Positions 37,499 to 46,785 of a stretch of 64,000 nt of DNA are shown here, in pieces. The translations under genes were made by a program, and so were the position numbers. The stretch lies in NCBI GenBank assembly GCA_012178725.1, contig GCA_012178725.1_3030.1. One strand, written 5' to 3'. The notes beneath the pieces were generated by a model. It had not been told where the DNA came from and did not search any database. It was given only the letters and a program-made list of their open reading frames with translations. The stretch comes from a phage. How positions within the stretch are numbered: the first letter of the stretch is position 1; the number at the start of each line of letters is the position of its first letter.

Positions 37499-39550
37499 TT
37501 ATCCTTGAACGAACTTGTAAGGCATGTTTGCAATATCTATGCAAGACGCAATAATTCCAAGAGATGATTCTACTTTCTGTTTAACATTTGATGAAACAAA
37601 TGATGCAAAGTCAACTCTATCTTCTATATCACCTGTCATTGTAACCAATTCACCAGTTTCCATTAAATGGTCTCCGTCATAGATTACCGATTCGGTGAGT
37701 TCTTCTGTGGTCATAACTTCAGCTTGAATAAGCTTGTTGTTAGTTTTAACTGTTCCATCATTGTAAGATGCATCGGTTATTTTATTAACTTTGACCATTA
37801 ATCCACGTGGCAAAATGACTTCCATTTCATTTGAAGGCGCTAAACTTCCACCGGGTAAAACAACATTGACCTTATCAGCCCCAGTAATAACCCATCCAAT
37901 TCCGACTAAATTATCGCTAGAATTAACAAGCCCTTCATCATTTTTATCGATAGAAATGTTTAGACGCTTTTCATCTGGTAAAACACCAATAGCTGAATCA
38001 GTCATCCAAGTACCAAAAATGTTTGGATATAATGATGTTGATACAAAATTTCTAAAATAAAAAACTCGATTTTTTACCAATGTTTCATATATTGAAGGTA
38101 ACATTCGCTGTGAACGATATAAAGTAATACCCTTTGGCAATCGATCACCATTTTTAAAGGCTGAATCTAAATTATCGATGGCTTGTTCTATTTCAGGTGC
38201 TGTTAAAATACTTGTACGCTCATCTGGATTATATAATCCCAAAAGAGCATTATTCATGTCTACATATCCTGAACCTACATATTCACGAATTCCGCGTTTT
38301 TGCGCTGGTGTGTATTTAGATGAATCTTTATTTTCGACTATAGAATGCAATGACCATCCAACAGTAAGAGCATATCCACGTAATTCTCTTCGAATAATCT
38401 TTGTTTTTATTGCATTCCAAGAATTTTGCACTAACTCATTATTCGCAGCGTCTTGATTTAAATGCGAATGCTTGTTAATATTTCTTTCTAACCAAGCACC
38501 TTTATATTTTTCTAAAGTATCATCGACTATAGAAGCAATAGTTTCTAAAGTTTTTATTGAAGTAATAGATTCTTTTCGTAATCTTTCTAAAGCTTTATTT
38601 TTTATTTCTGTATTAACATCAGTTTCTTTATCTTCAGGAATTATAGAAGCTTCTCTGAATGCCATTCCAGCTGTAACACTATTAAGAGCATTCTCTAATG
38701 CAAATCCTGAAGTAGAAATAACAGTTAATTCATTAGCATCAGAAATTAAAGGAGCGTCAGCAGGTTTATTTAATTCTGCTGCTGAAGCCTCAAATTTTTG
38801 AAACATCGGTGTTTCAAATCTAGAAGATTCCAATGACTGACTTTGTGCAATTGCTCTACGTGAAATTTTAACTTTAACGATTACAGCTTGGTCAGAACGT
38901 TTATCATTTTCTTGTGCAATAGATGCTGCAATTGCCTCATTTTTAGTTACTTGAGCTCCAGTATCTTTATTGATATAAACATCGCCGACTTTCGATTCAA
39001 CTTTAGTAAAGAGCTCGGTACTAATTTCCGGAACTCCTGGAATGTCTTCTAGTGATACATTTTTGCGATGTATAAGAATATATGCATACTTTTTATCATA
39101 ATCCCAGAGTTCCTTAAGAAGGACGTATCTGCCACCTGAACGACTACGGATAAGTCTATCAGCAATAACTTGAATTTGTCGAGCTTGGCCAGCAGTTTTA
39201 GACTTAAGAATACGAAGCATACAAGCATCAATTTTATACTGACGCATTGTTTGCATTGCAACAGTAAAAACTGAATTGATATAATTAATTGGGCTTGGAC
39301 CAAGACCTTTTAATTTAGCAATTGAACCTTTAGCAGTTAATGTAAAAGGAACAATATGCATCATTTTATCGCCCATTTTTAAATCACGATTAGTATCACC
39401 TCCAGATGTATAGGTACATAAACGAAAGCCTGGTTGTTCAATTGCATCATCAACATGAACTGAAAAAATTTGTGGTATTTTCTTCTTTGGATTTAAGTTT
39501 GTAATCGGAAGAGTAGTATCTTCGTCAAATAATTCTGTAATGAGTTCCAT
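37499..39550 (-). CDS. alt: Alt ADP-ribosyltransferase (head-packaged; modifies host RNA polymerase)
   Basis: About 683 aa from MELITELFDEDTTLPITNLNPKKK; YRSQ and FYFRNFVSTSL motifs; late promoter upstream. Confidence 0.9.
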   Translation of the reverse strand: MELITELFDEDTTLPITNLNPKKKIPQIFSVHVDDAIEQPGFRLCTYTSGGDTNRDLKMGDKMMHIVPFTLTAKGSIAKLKGLGPSPINYINSVFTVAMQTMRQYKIDACMLRILKSKTAGQARQIQVIADRLIRSRSGGRYVLLKELWDYDKKYAYILIHRKNVSLEDIPGVPEISTELFTKVESKVGDVYINKDTGAQVTKNEAIAASIAQENDKRSDQAVIVKVKISRRAIAQSQSLESSRFETPMFQKFEASAAELNKPADAPLISDANELTVISTSGFALENALNSVTAGMAFREASIIPEDKETDVNTEIKNKALERLRKESITSIKTLETIASIVDDTLEKYKGAWLERNINKHSHLNQDAANNELVQNSWNAIKTKIIRRELRGYALTVGWSLHSIVENKDSSKYTPAQKRGIREYVGSGYVDMNNALLGLYNPDERTSILTAPEIEQAIDNLDSAFKNGDRLPKGITLYRSQRMLPSIYETLVKNRVFYFRNFVSTSLYPNIFGTWMTDSAIGVLPDEKRLNISIDKNDEGLVNSSDNLVGIGWVITGADKVNVVLPGGSLAPSNEMEVILPRGLMVKVNKITDASYNDGTVKTNNKLIQAEVMTTEELTESVIYDGDHLMETGELVTMTGDIEDRVDFASFVSSNVKQKVESSLGIIASCIDIANMPYKFVQG

Positions 39551-39573
39551 CATATCCTCTCTAGTGTTTATTC

Positions 39574-39581
39574 TATTTATA
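39574..39581 (-). promoter_or_regulatory. Late promoter core TATAAATA upstream of alt
   Basis: Exact motif on the minus strand, preceded by a GC hairpin at about 39585-39600. Confidence 0.55.
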
Positions 39582-39602
39582 AAATTAAAGGCCCGAAGGC
39601 CT

Positions 39603-39791
39603 TTAATAATCTATTGGTAAGAGAGTACGATATATTTCAAACTTTGGACCTTTTTCATAGGCATCAAAAGTTTCTGTGAATTTATTATAAGCATATGCAT
39701 CTATAAATTCAATCATGATTTGTGATACAGAAGTAGAAACATCTCCACCTTCTTTTTGAGCCACGACAATTGTTTCTAAGTAAGCTTTCAT
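39603..39791 (-). CDS. Hypothetical small protein (alt.1 position)
   Basis: 62 aa ORF coupled to the ligase stop. Confidence 0.5.
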   Translation of the reverse strand: MKAYLETIVVAQKEGGDVSTSVSQIMIEFIDAYAYNKFTETFDAYEKGPKFEIYRTLLPIDY

Positions 39792-41251
39792 AAACCAGTT
39801 ACCTCATGAAAATCACCAAATACATCTTCGAATGTATTAGCTTTAGTTTTATCTTCACGTAAACGAATCGCAATCGGAAGAAATAATTTAACGTAATCAG
39901 TGCGGCCATCAGATTTTAACCAACCGTTGCATTCGCACTCTAGAATTTTTCCAATATAATAATTTTGGTTTTCCATAATGCGAGTACGGTCAAGTTCATG
40001 CGATTTTACACCGGCTTTATCTTTTAAGCCTGAACCAGCATTTACTTTAATTTTTCCACACTCTGATTCAAGAATAAATCCACCCGCTTTAGTAGGGTCT
40101 TTACGGTGAGGATAAATTCCTACAATTTTTAAATCAACATCAATTACTTCTTTAAATTTATAGAGATTTTTTGAACGAGCATTTTCCCATAATCCATCGA
40201 TATTTTTGAGAATAATACCTTCAAGACCTTGGTCAATATATTTTTTATAAATTACCTTAGCTTCATTTAGGTTATTTACTACCTGGTTTTCAATTAAAAT
40301 TACTTTATCATATCCTGATGTCATTTGTTCTAGTTTAGAAAAACGTACATCATATTTTAAACGAAACGCTGGAAGACCGTATATTTCTACCAACGGGACA
40401 TAATCCCAGACCTGAAACTTCATACATTGAGCTTCTTTTTCAGAAATGGTTCCTTTTAAGGATTTATTGGCGATTCCATTAGAAGTAGTACGAGATTCCG
40501 CTACTTCGGCGAATTCTTTAGCTTTACTAATTTCAGGATAAGCATCAAAAAGAAAATCTAGGCCTTCTGGTTCCTTTTTAACTTGCTCATGGTATACCAA
40601 TTCGCCATCAATTAACACACCTTCTGGATGAATCTGGCGGGCTTCAGCAGTCATTTTGATTAACTCTTCTTTAAGAAGATCTAATCCTAGATATTCATTA
40701 CCAGCTCGTGATAAAAGACGAACATCATCTAATTCATCGCCTCGGACTTCAGCAAAACACCGAGCTCCATCAGCTTTTAACTGCGCAAAAGCTGGAAACT
40801 TGATATTCTTACTAATGCCTTTTTCATCATAAGAACTTGCCAGCATTTGAGGTTGTTCAGGAATTAAACCTGGCCAAACTTTGTTTGCAATAGATACTGA
40901 AGCACCGCATTCAAGGTCTCGCATCATAACTCGACGCAAAACTTCAACATCATCCTTTTTACCATCGGTGATATATCCAGTTAATTCCTCAATTGCTGCA
41001 TTGCCAGTTAATTTCCGAGTAGCTAACGTGAATTCAATGAAGTCAAGCATATCGGTAATAGTCAGCATTCCAAAACTCTGGGTAGCAATACCAGGTTTAG
41101 GCCATTTCTTGATATAATACTGCAACCCACGAGAATAAGTTAAACGATATACTCGTTTAAGCAATTCATTATCTTTATTCTTTTCAAGAATTGCTTGCTT
41201 CTGCTTAGTTGAACCAATAGATGCTATTTCGTTCAGAATTTTAAGAATCAT
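39788..41251 (-). CDS. 30: ATP-dependent DNA ligase gp30
   Basis: 487 aa; MILKILNEIASIGSTKQKQAILEKNKDNELL... with KADGAR adenylation motif. Confidence 0.97.
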   Translation of the reverse strand: MILKILNEIASIGSTKQKQAILEKNKDNELLKRVYRLTYSRGLQYYIKKWPKPGIATQSFGMLTITDMLDFIEFTLATRKLTGNAAIEELTGYITDGKKDDVEVLRRVMMRDLECGASVSIANKVWPGLIPEQPQMLASSYDEKGISKNIKFPAFAQLKADGARCFAEVRGDELDDVRLLSRAGNEYLGLDLLKEELIKMTAEARQIHPEGVLIDGELVYHEQVKKEPEGLDFLFDAYPEISKAKEFAEVAESRTTSNGIANKSLKGTISEKEAQCMKFQVWDYVPLVEIYGLPAFRLKYDVRFSKLEQMTSGYDKVILIENQVVNNLNEAKVIYKKYIDQGLEGIILKNIDGLWENARSKNLYKFKEVIDVDLKIVGIYPHRKDPTKAGGFILESECGKIKVNAGSGLKDKAGVKSHELDRTRIMENQNYYIGKILECECNGWLKSDGRTDYVKLFLPIAIRLREDKTKANTFEDVFGDFHEVTGL

Positions 41252-41517
41252 TGTTCATCCTTTAGAGTTTGGTTTACAGCTCTATTATAAATCAATTCAT
41301 CATTAAGCTCAGTCAAAGACCTGTGGTACGTGGTTCTAACTTTATTTCCTTGCATCCAGTGCTTGACGTAAATGAAACCTTGTTCTACGCATTTTTTAAA
41401 AATTCGTTCGTCTTTTTGAGCACGGAATTCTGGATTGCATCTAAAAAATTGATTTACGTGACCGTAATCACGTGTAGTATTACCTTCATTTTCATAAATA
41501 GTATGAACAACAAACAT
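41248..41517 (-). CDS. Hypothetical protein (30.1 position)
   Basis: 89 aa. Confidence 0.6.
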   Translation of the reverse strand: MFVVHTIYENEGNTTRDYGHVNQFFRCNPEFRAQKDERIFKKCVEQGFIYVKHWMQGNKVRTTYHRSLTELNDELIYNRAVNQTLKDEQ

Positions 41518-42359
41518 TAGAATGCTCCTTGAAAAATATTATCACCACTAGTAGGTCTATTATACAAATACTCTATGCCACCAGGTTTAATATAGTTCCA
41601 TGTATGAAATGGATGCACATGATATGGATGTGTATAATATGGATGGTATGGATTTAATCCAGGAGTTCTCCAGGTAGTATTCCAACGAAAAGAATCGTTT
41701 TTAATCATCTTTTCAATTGCATCTTTTACAGCTTTTTCACTATCAAAACTTTCTTTATTTTCCTTCAATGGAAAAAGCTTATTCTCTACATCATTCCATG
41801 TATAAACTCGCTGAGCAGTTTTTGGAATACTGTCACGTTCCCCTCGAGCCATCCAATACACAGGAACACGTAATATTTCACTCGCATGATCGCAGTGATG
41901 AGCGAGATCGTCAATATAACAAATTACGTTATATTTCTCTTTTGCCTTTTTGAACAACTCTTCTTTTGAAGAATCATGACCACACATCATTACTTCTGAG
42001 AAGGCACCAGGAAAAAGAGCATTCAAATTAAATTGACGATTCAGCAGAGCGTCAATAGAATCACCCAGCGCTGTAACAGCTACAAAATTATAATCTTCTT
42101 TTAACTTGTTAATTACACACAGAGCATCTTTATATGGAGACAAGTAACGAATAAAATCTGATCGATTGTATTTTTCAATTAACTTAACACCAAGTTCTTC
42201 ATCACAATTAAAAAGTTTACCTGGAGAAATAAATTTCTCATCTTGGATCATTTTTAAAATATGTTCCAACGGAAGATTATATTTCTGAGCAAAATAAGGA
42301 AGGCCTGATTGCCAGCTTAAACATACTCCATCAATATCAGTTAAAATAGTAGGCTTCAT
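41517..42359 (-). CDS. HAD-superfamily-like hydrolase or phosphatase (30.2 position)
   Basis: 280 aa; N-terminal LTDIDGV and a downstream DD motif typical of HAD enzymes. Confidence 0.6.
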   Translation of the reverse strand: MKPTILTDIDGVCLSWQSGLPYFAQKYNLPLEHILKMIQDEKFISPGKLFNCDEELGVKLIEKYNRSDFIRYLSPYKDALCVINKLKEDYNFVAVTALGDSIDALLNRQFNLNALFPGAFSEVMMCGHDSSKEELFKKAKEKYNVICYIDDLAHHCDHASEILRVPVYWMARGERDSIPKTAQRVYTWNDVENKLFPLKENKESFDSEKAVKDAIEKMIKNDSFRWNTTWRTPGLNPYHPYYTHPYHVHPFHTWNYIKPGGIEYLYNRPTSGDNIFQGAF

Positions 42360-42820
42360 AGAGAGTCTCTTAATAGGTTTAACACATCAATAAATTCAGC
42401 TTCGGTTAGTATTGTATCATCTTTTGTTAGACCACTAGCCATGCTGTGCTTCAAAACTTTTCCTTTCGAGGCTTGTAATGCATCACGAAAGCCCTTGTTT
42501 TGAATCGCTGCTTCAAAATATGCATTTGTGTATAATTCTTTCCACGCTGGGGAGTATCTTGAAAACGGAACTCCAAGCCAGAAGAGGGTCCCACGGTCCT
42601 GAGCTCTAGCATAAGACCTTCCAGCTTGTTGGGCGGCAAGCCCGGATAACCCAAATATACGACGTTGTTGTTCAACATTTTTCACCTTGCATCCTTGGAG
42701 GAATCCTTCAAGACCTCCAAATTGAATATCATCCATAACGAAAGGCCATTGGGCGAAATTACTTAATGCACATGATGGCCACCTAAAATTGCTTCTAATC
42801 TCTAGCTCAGACATTTTCAA
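42356..42820 (-). CDS. Hypothetical protein (30.3 position)
   Basis: 154 aa. Confidence 0.6.
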   Translation of the reverse strand: MKMSELEIRSNFRWPSCALSNFAQWPFVMDDIQFGGLEGFLQGCKVKNVEQQRRIFGLSGLAAQQAGRSYARAQDRGTLFWLGVPFSRYSPAWKELYTNAYFEAAIQNKGFRDALQASKGKVLKHSMASGLTKDDTILTEAEFIDVLNLLRDSL

Positions 42821-43013
42821 TGCTTATAATTTCAACATCAGCCCAATGACCATAGTTTGGTAGACGAAATTCAACTGGCCAGTCACTGCCTTTTTCTAAT
42901 ATAATAGACTTAACTTGTGGTTCTTCGTGTTCATCAGTATATGGATTTTTATCTGTTACTTTATATGTGACCTTAATGTACTGAATTCCAAAAATCTTAT
43001 TAATTATATTCAT
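42807..43013 (-). CDS. Hypothetical small protein
   Basis: 68 aa. Confidence 0.5.
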   Translation of the reverse strand: MNIINKIFGIQYIKVTYKVTDKNPYTDEHEEPQVKSIILEKGSDWPVEFRLPNYGHWADVEIISIENV

Positions 43014-43207
43014 ACTAATTCCTTTAATCCGTAAATAGGAGATAATTCATCACCCATACGAAGGTCTTCATTTCCATCTACCCAAGAAACAATATAAGCC
43101 TCTTTTATTTGAATACCACTCCATTTAAATGGAGGTAGAACCTTAGAAATTAATCCAGGTATACCAACTCCCTTTAATTCAACAGTTTGACCTAAAAAGA
43201 ATTTCAT
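43010..43207 (-). CDS. Hypothetical small protein
   Basis: 65 aa. Confidence 0.5.
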   Translation of the reverse strand: MKFFLGQTVELKGVGIPGLISKVLPPFKWSGIQIKEAYIVSWVDGNEDLRMGDELSPIYGLKELV

Positions 43208-43494
43208 TAGAACCTCATCTGAAAACCGTGCGATTTAACATTACCGCTGCCAATATCAGAAATGTTAATTTCACGCGCAATTGAAGGGTCAATGTCAATT
43301 TCGCGATTGAGTTTAGTGATAGCTAAAGTATCGCGCCCATTTACAGTACGGAACTCTAAAGGACATACTACATTAACGTAGTTTTTAATCGATTCGCTGG
43401 TAGGTTGCAAATGAGCAGGAAGGTCTTTAGGCGCCTTAGAGAAAACCACTTCACAGAAGTTTTTACGAGTATCAAAATAAGTAGTCATAAACAT
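43207..43494 (-). CDS. Hypothetical protein
   Basis: 95 aa. Confidence 0.55.
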   Translation of the reverse strand: MFMTTYFDTRKNFCEVVFSKAPKDLPAHLQPTSESIKNYVNVVCPLEFRTVNGRDTLAITKLNREIDIDPSIAREINISDIGSGNVKSHGFQMRF

Positions 43495-43535
43495 AGTATT
43501 TTCCTCAGCAAGGGGCCGAAGCCCCTCATTTTATT

Positions 43536-43913
43536 TTAAATATCAAATTCGTTAAGAACTACATCAAAGATTGCTTCAAGATGCTCAGGTTTAGCTCTAT
43601 TACTCAGAATATGACGAATCCAAGTTTTAACCAAAAGCTTGCGATTAGCACCATTCCAGCAAGGATGAGTCCCTAAATCACGTTGACGAAAATCATCATC
43701 CAGAGCGATTTTGAAGTTTGAACCTTCCATTGTGATTGAAACCGTGATTCCATTTTCAAATCGCATATAAACGTAGTTAGGAGTCATATACTGTTCAATT
43801 TCGCATACTGATCCATTTTGATGTTTCCAAAGGCAGATAGTATCAATAGAACCTGCAATACCATTAGAAACATATTTACGTTCAAAGTTGATGTAGTTCA
43901 TTTTATTCTCCAA
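43536..43913 (-). CDS. Hypothetical protein
   Basis: 125 aa; own early promoter. Confidence 0.6.
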   Translation of the reverse strand: MENKMNYINFERKYVSNGIAGSIDTICLWKHQNGSVCEIEQYMTPNYVYMRFENGITVSITMEGSNFKIALDDDFRQRDLGTHPCWNGANRKLLVKTWIRHILSNRAKPEHLEAIFDVVLNEFDI

Positions 43914-43934
43914 GATGTTTAATTGCGGTACAGG

Positions 43935-43966
43935 TATATAATATCATATCCTGTACCAAAGTAAAC
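43935..43966 (-). promoter_or_regulatory. Early promoter GTTTAC-N17-TGaTATTAT
   Basis: -35 at 43961-43966, -10 at 43938-43943 (minus strand). Confidence 0.6.
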
Positions 43967-43970
43967 TATT

Positions 43971-44339
43971 TTATGCAACTTTAATCCAATTATCTAAATT
44001 TAATTCACCTTTGGCTTTCATTTTTTCAATCAAGAGGTCAGCGGTAATACGACCATTTTGATACCACGTAACATCTTCAGAGTAACCAGTTTCTTTATCT
44101 TCATAAGTCTCACAACGAATTTTACCAATAATCAAAGTTTTCAATTCGTATGTATCTCCAGTAAAAAAGTTAGTTAACATTATTTTCCAAGAGAAATCAT
44201 CAGAAGGACCTTCAGGAGTCATGCAACCTACAAATTCAAATTGTTCTTTGTATAAGTGCCACTGAAGTTCTTTAGTTTCGATAGCTTTATAGCCGTCGTG
44301 ATCTTTACCTTTGATGTATGAGTTAAGATTGATTTTCAT
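43971..44339 (-). CDS. Hypothetical protein
   Basis: 122 aa. Confidence 0.6.
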   Translation of the reverse strand: MKINLNSYIKGKDHDGYKAIETKELQWHLYKEQFEFVGCMTPEGPSDDFSWKIMLTNFFTGDTYELKTLIIGKIRCETYEDKETGYSEDVTWYQNGRITADLLIEKMKAKGELNLDNWIKVA

Positions 44340-44364
44340 TTTATTCTCCTTTGTTTGTGTAAGA

Positions 44365-44397
44365 TAATACTATCACAAAGGAACTATACTGTAAACA
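44365..44397 (-). promoter_or_regulatory. Early promoter-like GTTTAC with a weak -10 (TAGTAT)
   Basis: -35 GTTTAC at 44392-44397. Confidence 0.4.
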
Positions 44398-44416
44398 ACT
44401 TTATGCAATCTTTGGA

Positions 44417-44446
44417 AAATAAAAAAGGACTCCCGAAGGAGTCCTC
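44417..44446 (-). terminator. Intrinsic terminator aggactc-ccgaag-gagtcct plus T-run, downstream of the small basic-protein gene
   Basis: Minus strand reads hairpin then ttttttatttt. Confidence 0.7.
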
Positions 44447-44449
44447 AAC

Positions 44450-44626
44450 TTATGCTTTCTGCTTACCAAAACGAGAAGCATCATCTCGAAGAACCGCACG
44501 TGCTCGGCGCATGATCTTCTCAACAGTTTGATTGATACGAGAGTTCGACCCACGCTTGTAGCCAGCGCGTTTAGAATCACCAACTTTCTTTTCAACTGCT
44601 TTCTTTGCTTTAACTTGTTTTGCCAT
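44450..44626 (-). CDS. Small highly basic protein (58 aa), function unknown
   Basis: MAKQVKAKKAVEKKVGDSKRAGYKRGSNSRINQ...; AAGAG Shine-Dalgarno; ORF track gives a longer 72-aa version from an upstream ATG. Confidence 0.55.
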   Translation of the reverse strand: MAKQVKAKKAVEKKVGDSKRAGYKRGSNSRINQTVEKIMRRARAVLRDDASRFGKQKA

Positions 44627-44870
44627 TATAAATTCTCTTTTAAATGAAAATGCAGGACTTATTGGCATTGCCTGCGCAAGCCCTCAAGGGGGTACTTAGG
44701 TTTTGTATATTTACCGACAGGATAACCATAAACCCGTCATCATTCACATTCAAGAGGTACACCGTAAAACTGCCGGGGTCTTAAAACTATAATGATTCGC
44801 AAATCATTAATCAGACAGTTCGACGGCTCCTCGATTTTAGCTCACACTAAGGCAGTGAATCTCCAATAAA

Positions 44871-45119
44871 TTACTTCAGTGTTACCACAAAGTGACGAAC
44901 TGCTTTTCGTGCAGCAGAAGCCAGAGGCTTAGCATATTTAAGTTCATCTTTTTCCTGAAGCTCAGCAGCTAATGCAGTTTGAGCAGGATTCAGATGTTTG
45001 AAATAACGCAGGATTTCAAGAGCTTCGGCTTCAACATCAATAGATGCGCCATAGTTTTCGTGACCATTATTCCATGCGTTTCGTTGCAGTTCAAGAGCGT
45101 GTTGTAATTGTTTAATCAT
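44871..45119 (-). CDS. rIII: rIII lysis inhibition accessory protein
   Basis: 82 aa; size and position between gene 31 and the 30.x block. Confidence 0.8.
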   Translation of the reverse strand: MIKQLQHALELQRNAWNNGHENYGASIDVEAEALEILRYFKHLNPAQTALAAELQEKDELKYAKPLASAARKAVRHFVVTLK

Positions 45120-45266
45120 TTAAAAATTCTCGTTAGAGATTAAAACTCGGTAGTCACGTTCTTCTGAATTTCATCTTCTTTCGACAGATCTCTCAGTTGT
45201 AGACTACCACATAGAATTGTTCGGTTAACTTATTATTCCGACGCCCAATTCATATTATTATTTATA

Positions 45267-45602
45267 TCACTTATAAAGACACGGAATAGCTTTATAATGA
45301 CAAGTAACGAATTTTTGTTTAATTTCTTTTGGCTGCTTAAGACCCAGAGCTACAAAAGGATGCGGAACATTTCGAATTTGACCAACTGGAAGAGAAGTCA
45401 AATCGCCAACTTCGCAAAAACCTTCAGGAACATCAGGACCAACAGAGTGAACTACACACAGTTCAGGAACTTCACCTTGAACACGTTTACCGATAATAAG
45501 TCCTGATTCTGTAACTTCTTCATCACCAGCTTGTGCAGGTTCAGAAACTAAAATCACATATTCACCGACAGCACGAATTGGTAGCTGTTGTACTTCAGAC
45601 AT
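45267..45602 (-). CDS. 31: gp31 co-chaperonin (GroES analogue)
   Basis: 111 aa from [22 protein letters not shown]... Confidence 0.95.
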
Positions 45603-45632
45603 CATTTTTCCTTTTTGTTAACAGATGAATTA

Positions 45633-45660
45633 ATAATAACAAATAATTCTTAAAGCATTT
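45633..45660 (-). promoter_or_regulatory. Middle promoter for gene 31: MotA box aaaTGCTTTAa, 12 nt, TATTAT
   Basis: Box at 45651-45660 and -10 at 45633-45638 (minus strand). Confidence 0.55.
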
Positions 45661-45967
45661 ATTTACCAATAAATTGGAGCAAATGCTCAACTTTCATACC
45701 ATTAACAGAAATCAATTTGTCAATAGAAAAACCTCGCCATGCACCAAGCTCAACATCAAATACTGGAATCATGTCAGTAGATTCTTTCCGAGTAGATTCA
45801 GTCAATTTACCAGTTTGCATGGTTGGCATAAAGTCTGCATCACGAGTACCTTTCATAGTACGAATAGTACCATCAGACTTTTCAAAAACTACGTTTGAAA
45901 TACCCATGGACAATTTAGTTTTCAAAATTTCACGAATTGCTACTTTTTGTTCAGTCGTCAGTTTCAT
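45659..45967 (-). CDS. Hypothetical protein (31.1 position)
   Basis: 102 aa. Confidence 0.6.
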   Translation of the reverse strand: MKLTTEQKVAIREILKTKLSMGISNVVFEKSDGTIRTMKGTRDADFMPTMQTGKLTESTRKESTDMIPVFDVELGAWRGFSIDKLISVNGMKVEHLLQFIGK

Positions 45968-46207
45968 TTATTTACCTATTACAGTTTTAATATGAGTTGT
46001 TCCACGTTCTTTAAGAGTGGAAAGCAATTTTTGGCATTTTTCTAAATCAGATTTCCAACTATACGGCCTATCAATACAAACCCATTCTGACTTATAATAC
46101 TGTTTCCATTTAGAGAAAAAATACTTCTTATACTCTACAGCAAATGAAATGTTCTCGTTAGAATAAGAACTAATTGCTGTGAGCTGTACCAAACGAAATT
46201 TCATCAT
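45968..46207 (-). CDS. Hypothetical protein (31.2 position)
   Basis: 79 aa. Confidence 0.55.
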   Translation of the reverse strand: MMKFRLVQLTAISSYSNENISFAVEYKKYFFSKWKQYYKSEWVCIDRPYSWKSDLEKCQKLLSTLKERGTTHIKTVIGK

Positions 46208-46785
46208 TCACCACAGAATTCGTTGATATTTTCCCAGTTTAACTTATTCAAGTTTTTCTTAGGAACATTAAACACTTCAATACCTGCATTTCGCAAAATA
46301 TCATCCCAGCCAGGTTTATTTTTGTCGTATGTTTCGCAATAAACTAGTTTTTTAATTCCAGATTGAGCTATCGCTTTTGCGCAATCCGGACATGGAGAAA
46401 GTGTTACATACATAGTAGCACCTTCAATAGAAGAACCATTTCGTGCAGCAAACAAAATTGCATTTAGTTCAGCATGAATTTCATTTTTAGATGACCATTC
46501 CGAGTGAGCGCTGCGGTGTTCTTTCGCCAAGACAAAACGATCAGTTGAACCAAACGATACGCATTCAGGCTTATGACCTTGAATGATAGTATGTTTAGGC
46601 TTGTTCAACAACCAGCCTTGTTCAGCAGCATAATCACAGCAATTCACACCACCAGCAGGTGAACCATTATATCCGGTAGAAATAATACGTCCATTCTTTT
46701 CAATTACTGCTCCTACCTTCCAGGAGCAGCATTTTGATTCTTGCGATACTAAATATGCAATTTGAAGTACTGTACTCGCTTTCAT
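46204..46785 (-). CDS. cd: dCMP deaminase
   Basis: 193 aa; zinc-binding HAE...PCxxC cytidine/dCMP deaminase motif. Confidence 0.95.
   Translation of the reverse strand: MKASTVLQIAYLVSQESKCCSWKVGAVIEKNGRIISTGYNGSPAGGVNCCDYAAEQGWLLNKPKHTIIQGHKPECVSFGSTDRFVLAKEHRSAHSEWSSKNEIHAELNAILFAARNGSSIEGATMYVTLSPCPDCAKAIAQSGIKKLVYCETYDKNKPGWDDILRNAGIEVFNVPKKNLNKLNWENINEFCGE

Noticed and set aside
44669-44870. Possible protein-coding gene in the rIII-proximal gap (a 25-aa plus-strand ORF and a 33-codon open frame without ATG on the minus strand)
   Set aside because: No frame has a start codon with ribosome-binding site and reasonable length; treated as non-coding (see finding).
45259-45266. TATAAATA on the minus strand at the 3' end of gene 31 as a late promoter for rIII
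   Set aside because: It lies about 140 nt upstream of the rIII ATG, far for a late promoter; kept only as a low-confidence possibility.
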